Virus record (IMG/VR): IMGVR_UViG_3300023216_001509
Length of the DNA stretch: 62,979 nt
From: a virus
Reading direction: 5' to 3' (one strand)
A program made the translations under genes and the position numbers. This document shows, piece by piece, positions 34,828 to 41,347 of this stretch (position 1 is its first letter; every line of letters begins with the position of its first letter). The notes under the pieces are model-generated. The model saw only the letters and a list, made by a program, of their open reading frames with translations. It ran no database searches and had not been told where the DNA came from.

Positions 34828-35257
34828 ACTTCCCTGCCTTGTGGCTAACCAATTTCACCTGCCCTTCTGCGTCAGCTGCCTTGTCCAATAAATGCTGAAG
34901 GCGCTTGGTCGCCACGGCGAAATCTGGCTCCCCACGTTCGGGCGTGTCCACGCCCAGCAGGCGGATGCGTTGTAGTTGTTGCAGGTTGAACCCATAGTCC
35001 ACCAACACGTCCACGGTGTCCCCATCCACAACCCGCACCGGCGTTACTTTGTAGCTGTACGACCAGCCCCCATCCTCTTCCGATTCTTCATCATAGAATT
35101 TGTCACAGTGGGGGCAGATATAGAGTTGGTGAACCATGTCCACCATGCCAGTATAGCAAGTGGGGCAGAAGGCCATTGGCAGAATGCCGAAGTTGCCGGC
35201 GACGCCTCCTTCTGTTTCCAGATCGAAGTCGCCTTTGCATGCTGTGCAGTTTGTCAT
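34736..35257 (-). CDS. Zn-ribbon plus staphylococcal-nuclease (SNase)-like nuclease
   Basis: CTACKG...CPTC...CPHC, then VVDGDTVDV...IRLLGVDTPE. Confidence 0.65.
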   Translation of the reverse strand: MTNCTACKGDFDLETEGGVAGNFGILPMAFCPTCYTGMVDMVHQLYICPHCDKFYDEESEEDGGWSYSYKVTPVRVVDGDTVDVLVDYGFNLQQLQRIRLLGVDTPERGEPDFAVATKRLQHLLDKAADAEGQVKLVSHKAGKYGRWLGWFTSLVEGNETNVNETLAEKWPSE

Positions 35258-35346
35258 TTTGAATCCTTTCACCAGGGAAAGCCCCCAAGGCAGGAGAGGG
35301 AATGAAAACTCTCCACACCTTGGGGGCAACACCACTTCACTTCGCC

Positions 35347-35892
35347 TTACTCAATCCAGTATCCACCCTCCCCCTTCGACACGACGATTTGCTTGTCGGT
35401 CTTCAGGCGGCTGGGGACTTGGATGTTAATGGTCGACATCATCCCCTCCGCTTTCCTGTCCGGGAATCGCTTAACCAATCCCTCGAGGATGGTCGGCTTG
35501 TCCACGGGCTTCTTCTCCGTGGCACCATTGAGGCATTCGATGATGGTGGCAATGACGCCAACCTTCTTCGGTGCCTTGCCGTTGTCCTCGGCGGGTGCCT
35601 TGGCGGGTGCCTTGGCAGCGGACTTCGGTGCCTTCTTGGTTGCCTTCTTGTCGGGGACGTCAGCCACGTCCACGCTGTCCTCATGGGCAACCAAGTCCAC
35701 GCCATCCCCATCGTCCAGCGCAGTCAGAATCTGCTCCAGAAGGGGTTGGCTGTCGCCGGCATCGGTGTCTTCGTCCACGATGTCGGGCAGGCCTTCGACC
35801 TTCTTTTGCAGCCGGCTGGAACTCCACTTCTTGGCAGTGGGAAATCCCAAGTCAACAAACAACTTCACAGCAGCTTTCATAGAAACTTTCAC
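35347..35892 (-). CDS. Hypothetical protein with a histone-H1-like Lys/Ala/Pro tract
   Basis: DKKATKKAPKSAAKAPAKAPAEDNGKAPKK central tract. Confidence 0.45.
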   Translation of the reverse strand: MKVSMKAAVKLFVDLGFPTAKKWSSSRLQKKVEGLPDIVDEDTDAGDSQPLLEQILTALDDGDGVDLVAHEDSVDVADVPDKKATKKAPKSAAKAPAKAPAEDNGKAPKKVGVIATIIECLNGATEKKPVDKPTILEGLVKRFPDRKAEGMMSTINIQVPSRLKTDKQIVVSKGEGGYWIE

Positions 35893-36398
35893 TTCAACGT
35901 CTCCTTCAAAATCGAGTAAACTTCTTCAGACTGTCGTTTCGTCAATTTGGCCGGTTCCCCTCCCGTCATATTTCTGCCCGCCCTCAGTTGCGCCTTGATG
36001 GTGCGGTCGGCAAGTTTGATATTCAGGAACTTAAAGAACCGGAGTGCATCCCATTCACTTAATCGTTCTTCCCCCATCCATCTGAGAATTGCCGTTGATG
36101 AAAATCCAAACGGCCTTGGATTGCCTCCTTGGGTTTCTGGTGGTTGTACGTCTACCGCCGGCAGCTTGAGTTTCTCTTTTTCGTTAAACTCGGCAACCAG
36201 ACGGTGAAGGTGCCTCGACCAGAAACGTCCCAAGGTGGCTGCCTCCTCCACAATCTCGTCTGTCATGTCCTCCTGTTTTAGGTTCGCGGTTTCCAGTATG
36301 TCTGGGAAACGGGCAACGTCTTTTTCCCACATCCCATTCTTGCTTGCCAACCGGCAAAGGCTGGCCGGCAACGTGTCCTCCTCCCAAGGGTATGTCAT
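35889..36398 (-). CDS. Hypothetical protein carrying one LRWMG-type domain
   Basis: FGFSSTAILRWMGEERLSEWDA...TIKAQLRAGRNMTGGEPAKLTKRQ. Paralogous segments occur in 46292..46846 and twice in 56476..59484. Confidence 0.5.
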   Translation of the reverse strand: MTYPWEEDTLPASLCRLASKNGMWEKDVARFPDILETANLKQEDMTDEIVEEAATLGRFWSRHLHRLVAEFNEKEKLKLPAVDVQPPETQGGNPRPFGFSSTAILRWMGEERLSEWDALRFFKFLNIKLADRTIKAQLRAGRNMTGGEPAKLTKRQSEEVYSILKETLK

Positions 36399-36712
36399 TC
36401 TCCCTTTCCGCCTGCTTGAGTTACCAGGGCCAACGCGACCTGCAGGTTTCCGTCACAGGTTTCGACAAGTTGCTGCGCCAGCTTGAGCGCAGTGATGACG
36501 TTTCCAATGGAAATGGATTGCCCGTTGACGGCTTCGTCCTTTCGCCGCTTCCAGGATTTCTGCATGGCGATGGAGCGGGTCTTACTGATCCGACCCTTGC
36601 CGCCCTTCCGCCGGCGTGACGCCTTGCGCCTGCCAGCAGCCATCGCATCCGTTCGGCGTTTCTTTTCCTCGGGAGTCATGTTGTCCCACATCGTTTGCGC
36701 CGTCATTGGCAT
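36395..36712 (-). CDS. Hypothetical basic protein
   Basis: AAGGAGAC RBS. Arg/Lys-rich (GRRKASRRRKGGKGR). Confidence 0.45.
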   Translation of the reverse strand: MPMTAQTMWDNMTPEEKKRRTDAMAAGRRKASRRRKGGKGRISKTRSIAMQKSWKRRKDEAVNGQSISIGNVITALKLAQQLVETCDGNLQVALALVTQAGGKGE

Positions 36713-36745
36713 TGGTGTCTCCTTGTGATTAGAAGTTTCGGTTGC

Positions 36746-36949
36746 TTACCTTATTATCGGAACTTGATTTTGACTTTTCGGTGGCTTGTCCTTTATTTCT
36801 TTTCTGATGATCTTCACGTCGGGTGGTGCGTCAATTCCAATTCGGGCCTTGCCGTCGGAGTGGGTACTCACCAGCACAATTCGGGCCAGCACCTCCCCAT
36901 TTAATATCAGGTGAATTTCTTCACGCAGCCTTCTTGTCAGCACCAGCAT
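36746..36949 (-). CDS. csrA: CsrA-family RNA-binding translational regulator
   Basis: MLVLTRRLREEI...ARIGIDAPPDVKIIRKEI aligns by eye with E. coli CsrA MLILTRRVGETL...VRIGVNAPKEVSVHREEI. Confidence 0.85.
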   Translation of the reverse strand: MLVLTRRLREEIHLILNGEVLARIVLVSTHSDGKARIGIDAPPDVKIIRKEIKDKPPKSQNQVPIIR

Positions 36950-36959
36950 CGCGGTCTCC

Positions 36960-37256
36960 CTATTTCACTTTTTCTACGAACTGATCCAAACCATAACTGA
37001 GAACAACTCGTTCAATATGAATCCCATTCACCAGATCAATGCTGGTGACAGCATGGGCCAGTTCGCCGTTCACGAAAACATGGCAGCACCGTTCGAGTTG
37101 TTCCCACCAATCCTCGTTCATCTCCTGCTCGACCAGGGATGGTACGAAGGGCGCCTCGACCAGCACTTTCCCATCCTCGGCACGGACTACTCCTTTTCCT
37201 GTTTCCCCACTAGGGAAAGTGATTTTGATGGCGCAGAATTCTGGGTTCGCTTTCAT
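36960..37256 (-). CDS. Hypothetical 98-aa early protein (N-terminus MKANPEF)
   Basis: ATG at 37256 lies behind the conserved leader. The longer ORF-track start merely translates the leader as PPPTKETKT. Confidence 0.5.
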   Translation of the reverse strand: MKANPEFCAIKITFPSGETGKGVVRAEDGKVLVEAPFVPSLVEQEMNEDWWEQLERCCHVFVNGELAHAVTSIDLVNGIHIERVVLSYGLDQFVEKVK

Positions 37257-37287
37257 GGTCTTGGTCTCCTTGGTTGGTGGTGGTGTT
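37257..37287 (-). promoter_or_regulatory. Conserved CA-rich leader/SD cassette
   Basis: Minus strand reads ACACCACCACCAACCAAGGAGACCAAGACC-ATG. Confidence 0.7.
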
Positions 37288-37960
37288 ACTTGCCAACGAT
37301 CATCTCGTTGCCAATGCGGGCGAGCGTGGGGTATTCCTTTTTCAAGTAATTCTTCATCTCTTGGTCGAAGGGCATTTTGATCTGGTGCCACGCACCGAAG
37401 TCGCCTTCAAGCTGGAACACGGTCATGGTCTTGCACCAGCGCTTCAGGTCACGAAGCTCAAGCCAGTTGGTAAACATCTGGCCCACAATCCAATCCAGTT
37501 TCTCCGACTCCACGTCGTAGATTACGTCATCCAGTTCGTACGTCAAATCCTGGCCGTCGGCCCAGTCCTCAAGGGTCTGTTCGATCTGACGATTGCGGCG
37601 CCATTTGCCATCCTTGCCCTTGAACGACCAGTCATAGAAGTTGGGGCCACCTTGGCCTTGATTTCGGACTTCACAAACCTTCTTGCCATTCAGATAAAGG
37701 TTGGCACTGAAGCAGTCGGTTTCCTCACTCATGTCGGCGTGGTACTTCACGGCCTTGAGTTCGACCTTGAAATGTTCCGACCCGTCGCCTTCCCCTGTCT
37801 CCACTTCATGAAAACAAGATTTACAGCAGAGGGTATAGCCTTCGGCGTCTGGCCCTTCCATGTGGAAGGTGGAGTGGGCGCCACAGCAGTCGGTCAGGCG
37901 CAGTCCAAAGTGGGGTGAAGCGAGGTTATTGTCGAATCGTTTTGTTGTTGTCGCGGTCAT
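37286..37960 (-). CDS. Hypothetical 224-aa protein with an N-terminal Cys cluster
   Basis: Leader-type RBS GAGGAGACCAAGACC-ATG. CCGAH...CCKSC motif. Confidence 0.5.
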   Translation of the reverse strand: MTATTTKRFDNNLASPHFGLRLTDCCGAHSTFHMEGPDAEGYTLCCKSCFHEVETGEGDGSEHFKVELKAVKYHADMSEETDCFSANLYLNGKKVCEVRNQGQGGPNFYDWSFKGKDGKWRRNRQIEQTLEDWADGQDLTYELDDVIYDVESEKLDWIVGQMFTNWLELRDLKRWCKTMTVFQLEGDFGAWHQIKMPFDQEMKNYLKKEYPTLARIGNEMIVGK

Positions 37961-38014
37961 GGTCTTGGTCTCCTCGTGATAGTGGTGTTGGTTACTTTAT
38001 ACTCGGAACTCGTG

Positions 38015-38066
38015 TGCAGCATTCTCCCCTCGTCCGACAACCGGACGAGGGGGTGATGGCGAACAC
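38015..38066 (-). other. Conserved post-stop hairpin element (copy X)
   Basis: Minus strand reads GUGUUCGCCAUCAC-CCCCUCGUCCG-GUUGU-CGGACGAGGGG-AGAAUGCUGCACAC. A paralogue at 46880-46931 has the same flanks and a different stem top. Confidence 0.6.
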
Positions 38067-38888
38067 TTAACTCAAGTTAACGCTGCTGTGCCAAGTGTCC
38101 AACTTTTCGCCGGACAGGTTATGATCCGTCGGGTCTCGTTCCATATCCTTTTCGAATGCCTTGCAAACCTGCGAGGCAATCCGCGACCACTTCTGGGAGG
38201 CACGAAATTCCTCCATCAACCTCACCCGAGACATGGCGTCGCTGCTGCCGAAGTTGATGTCGGAGGTGACGTGGGCAATGGCATCGTTCCGAACATCGAT
38301 GAAATAACCGAGCACCTCGTCCTTGGTCATGCGGTCATCTCCCTTTGCCTCCAGCCAGGTTTTGATCCGACTGCGCAGTTGGTGTCCGTAGGACGCGAGT
38401 GCGCCGTGGTAGAACACTTCCGAACCATGCCGACGAATTTCCTCGCCCATGTGGATAGCCGACGAGGCAGCAATCAGCTTGCCGATTTTGTCGCACTCAA
38501 TTTCGGAGGAACGAATGATGGTGGCAAGGCCACGCTCAAGTGCGAGCAAGGCGTGGGGCAGGGGCATGCGGTCGTCCCGCGAGTAATCCCAGTCACGCTT
38601 CAGGATACCCTGCCGGTATTTGGTATCGGAGAGTTCCTGCCTCGCCTGTACATCCTCCTCGTGGCGGATGTAAGGCAACAGCGCGTCCATGAGCCCATCC
38701 TTGTTGAGCTTGTGGACTGCGGACTTGGTCAGGAAGCATTTGCCTGCGTCCTCGTCCGCGGAATGGATGACGCCACCGTATTCCCAATTCTCCATCGCGG
38801 CGAAGAGGGCGTGCTTGAGGTCGACTTTGCTGTACTCGACCAGTGCGGTTGAAACTTGGTTGATGATGTTTTTGACGGTCATGGTCAT
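38067..38888 (-). CDS. Hypothetical 273-aa early protein
   Basis: ATG at 38888 lies behind the conserved leader. Confidence 0.5.
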   Translation of the reverse strand: MTMTVKNIINQVSTALVEYSKVDLKHALFAAMENWEYGGVIHSADEDAGKCFLTKSAVHKLNKDGLMDALLPYIRHEEDVQARQELSDTKYRQGILKRDWDYSRDDRMPLPHALLALERGLATIIRSSEIECDKIGKLIAASSAIHMGEEIRRHGSEVFYHGALASYGHQLRSRIKTWLEAKGDDRMTKDEVLGYFIDVRNDAIAHVTSDINFGSSDAMSRVRLMEEFRASQKWSRIASQVCKAFEKDMERDPTDHNLSGEKLDTWHSSVNLS

Positions 38889-38919
38889 GGTCTTGGTCTC
38901 CTTGGTTGGGGTTGGTGTT
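38889..38919 (-). promoter_or_regulatory. Conserved CA-rich leader/SD cassette
   Basis: Minus strand reads AACACCAACCCCAACCAAGGAGACCAAGACC-ATG. It directly abuts the hammerhead motif. Confidence 0.7.
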
Positions 38920-38970
38920 GGTCTCATCAGTGCGCGCCATAAGCGGCAGACCCCCGAGGGGGTTTCGACC
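38920..38970 (-). ncRNA. Type II hammerhead ribozyme motif (copy A)
   Basis: Minus strand reads GGUC-GAAA-CCCC(CUCG)GGGG-UC / UGCCGC(UUAUG)GCGcGCA-CUGAUGA-GACC. All invariant core positions are present. Confidence 0.8.
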
Positions 38971-38972
38971 TT

Positions 38973-39518
38973 CTACAGAACCCGGCCGAAGTCACACTCG
39001 TCAAACTTTTCGACGGCAGCTTTGACGATCGCATACTGTGCATTCATTGCAACCATCAGCCCAATGGCCCGGCCGCAGTTGAAGTTGTTTGCGCCGGCGG
39101 CGGCAAGGCTGGTTGCCTTGGCGGCGGTGTCCATCGCATCCATGAGGGCAAGCATCCCGTCGCTAGCTTTGTAATAACTATCCCGCAGGGCGTTGAAGTC
39201 ATCATTGTCCAAGTCACCCACTGCTGCGTTCAGGGTGTCGTCCTCGATGACCTTTTTCTTGGGGGCGGGTTGGACTTTGGTATCGTTCACCCACATCCCG
39301 AAGTCCTCGATGAGGTAATCAATCGCGCCGGTGCCTTCCTGCGCTTCCAGATAAGTGACGAGGCCGGCTGCCTTGTTGTGGTCATAGAGTTCAGCAAAAT
39401 ACTGATCGACCTGCTGGTGAATATGGTGACACGCGGCTTCGCTGCAGTTGATACCGATCAGCCAGTCGCACAGGTCAATTTTGAAGTTGTTAAGTTCGTT
39501 GTTTTTGGTCATGGTCAT
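38973..39518 (-). CDS. Hypothetical 181-aa early protein
   Basis: ATG at 39518 lies behind the conserved leader. Confidence 0.5.
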   Translation of the reverse strand: MTMTKNNELNNFKIDLCDWLIGINCSEAACHHIHQQVDQYFAELYDHNKAAGLVTYLEAQEGTGAIDYLIEDFGMWVNDTKVQPAPKKKVIEDDTLNAAVGDLDNDDFNALRDSYYKASDGMLALMDAMDTAAKATSLAAAGANNFNCGRAIGLMVAMNAQYAIVKAAVEKFDECDFGRVL

Positions 39519-39543
39519 GGTCTTGGTCTCCTTGGTTGGTGGG
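39519..39543 (-). promoter_or_regulatory. Conserved CA-rich leader/SD cassette
   Basis: Minus strand reads CCCACCAACCAAGGAGACCAAGACC-ATG. It fills the whole gap from the upstream stop. Confidence 0.7.
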
Positions 39544-39750
39544 TTACATCCAATTGACTTCGCCGTAGGCGAGTTCAACATAAAGGCGAAAGTCTTCAAG
39601 TGTCGTATCAAAGTCTTGGAGGTCTTCGGTGTCTGACTCGTTGAAGTATTCCTCGACGGTTTCAATCATTGTGGTCTGGTCGTCTTGGCCACAAATGTTT
39701 TCCAGCAGGGTTTCGATGATTTCAGTTTTGATTTCGTTTTGCTTGGTCAT
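39544..39750 (-). CDS. 68-aa strongly acidic early protein (first gene after promoter PL1)
   Basis: MTKQNEIKTEIIETLLENICGQDDQTTMIETVEEYFNESDTEDLQDFDTTLEDFRLYVELAYGEVNWM. Many Asp/Glu and very few basic residues. Confidence 0.55.
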   Translation of the reverse strand: MTKQNEIKTEIIETLLENICGQDDQTTMIETVEEYFNESDTEDLQDFDTTLEDFRLYVELAYGEVNWM

Positions 39751-39783
39751 TGTTTTGTCTCCTGTTTTGTTTCTTGTCTATGT

Positions 39784-39812
39784 AATATAACGGCTGTCTA
39801 AGACCCTGTCCA
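39784..39812 (-). promoter_or_regulatory. Sigma70-like promoter PL1 (TGGACA-17 nt-TATATT)
   Basis: Minus strand: -35 at 39812-39807 and -10 at 39789-39784. Near-identical copies at 47763-47791 and 61561-61589. Confidence 0.7.
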
Positions 39813-39952
39813 CTCCTATTTCCCTGATATTTTCAGGATTTCTGCCCGGGCAATTTAACGGTGATCTAAGGGGGTTTCCGGGTTCCCCGCATAATCTAGG
39901 GGCCAGGGCATGGAAGTCCCTTAGATGGGCAGCAGGGGCCACCGTGAGCAAC

Positions 39953-41347
39953 CTAGAACGTAGACCGAATGGCTGGGTTCCCCACCTCTAAACAGCCCGC
40001 GACGTGGACGCATTGGGTTTCGCTGAAAGGCGATTCCCGTAACACAATCCAATTCAACCGCATGAGCCCGCATTCCTTTTCGTCCGAGTTGGCGTTCAGC
40101 CCAACCATGCCGGTGACGTGGGCGAACTTGCGTTTGTCCTCGCTGAAGTTTGACCGCCCAATGGTGTTGGCATTGTACGAGGCGGCGTCGGCTTGGGTGG
40201 CGGTCACGACCAGGGAATGAGTAGACTGGGACAGCGCCCGAAGTTGTTTCCAAGTGGTGTTGATTTGATCACGGGTGTCCGCAATCCCATGAGGTGGAGC
40301 CAGGATATCCGCGTAGTCAATTACGATCACGTCAGGTATCCAACCACCACGTTCCCAGTTCTGGAGGATGGCACGAATGCCGCTGACCGTCAGCGTCGAG
40401 TTCGGGTGGCAGCTGAGGCGAAGCATCGCCTCCTTGGATTTGATTTTGGTTTTGATGATTCGCTGGCAGGCCTTGTAAGCGGTCTGCCATCCCATCTCGG
40501 TCGCCTCCTTCCTGTCCTCCACCACCAGCGCTGCCATTGGCGCACCAGATTCGCGTTCAATCTTTGTTGGGTATTTGTACTCCGACGGTTTCAACGGACG
40601 GCGGGCAGCGCGCACCATCAGGCGCCGCATGATTTGGTTCTGGCTCATGTCCCCCACTTCAAAGAAGGCAACTTTCCTGCGCTGGGTCATTGCCCTCCAA
40701 GCCACGTCCAACAGCCACCACGTCTTGCCTCGTTTTTCTGCCCCCATGAATGAGATGAATGCGTCACGTTGTAAGGCGGCGCCAAAGAACCTTCCCAAGG
40801 CACCAGGATATTTGATAAGGGGTTCCAGTTGTTCCTCGAACGCCTCACGGATGGCCCCCTCGTCGGACAGGGGATCAATCCCCGCGCCCACTCCCATCTC
40901 AACTTGACCATAGGTACTGACCCGCTTCAGGGCGCTGTCCAAGTTGCCGGCAGTAACGTCCCCGCTGATCGAGTCGGCAAGGCGTTTGAGTTTTACTTGG
41001 TTGAAATACTTGGACGCTAAATCAATCACGTAGTTGCTATTCGATTCTTTGCTGAGGTGTTCATGTTCCTCGGACAGGCCACCTAGGAACCGCTCCACAA
41101 TCTTGACGGTGTCTTCGTCGCGGTTGGTGCTGGCCCATGCCTCAAACAGCCCTTCGATTTCTTTCCCGGGGGCGTCCTCGTACTCGTTGAAGAAGTCAAC
41201 GCACCACCCGCCAATGAGGTTGCCCCATTGGGAACGGAACAAGTCGCCTTCCCACTTGGTTGCTATGCGGGCGAGAACCTGCTTGTCCACAATCATGCCG
41301 GTGAGGATTCGGCGTTCGTTTGACCCGTCACGCTTTGCTACCTTCAT
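39953..41347 (-). CDS. dnaB: DnaB-family replicative helicase
   Basis: Walker A GAEKRGKT, Walker B VIVIDYADIL, LVVTATQA. Confidence 0.8.
   Translation of the reverse strand: MKVAKRDGSNERRILTGMIVDKQVLARIATKWEGDLFRSQWGNLIGGWCVDFFNEYEDAPGKEIEGLFEAWASTNRDEDTVKIVERFLGGLSEEHEHLSKESNSNYVIDLASKYFNQVKLKRLADSISGDVTAGNLDSALKRVSTYGQVEMGVGAGIDPLSDEGAIREAFEEQLEPLIKYPGALGRFFGAALQRDAFISFMGAEKRGKTWWLLDVAWRAMTQRRKVAFFEVGDMSQNQIMRRLMVRAARRPLKPSEYKYPTKIERESGAPMAALVVEDRKEATEMGWQTAYKACQRIIKTKIKSKEAMLRLSCHPNSTLTVSGIRAILQNWERGGWIPDVIVIDYADILAPPHGIADTRDQINTTWKQLRALSQSTHSLVVTATQADAASYNANTIGRSNFSEDKRKFAHVTGMVGLNANSDEKECGLMRLNWIVLRESPFSETQCVHVAGCLEVGNPAIRSTF

Noticed and set aside
37257-37391. N-terminal extensions giving PTKETKTM peptides in ORFs 36960..37391, 38067..38927, 38973..39665, 46292..46888 and 47409..47786
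   Set aside because: The extension is the translated conserved leader. The internal ATG directly follows the AAGGAGACC SD at canonical spacing.
39840-39952. tRNA or other small RNA in the gap after the helicase gene
   Set aside because: I could not fold a cloverleaf or find conserved tRNA boxes. Only a short palindrome (tgcccgggca) is present. I recognised no tRNA anywhere in the window.
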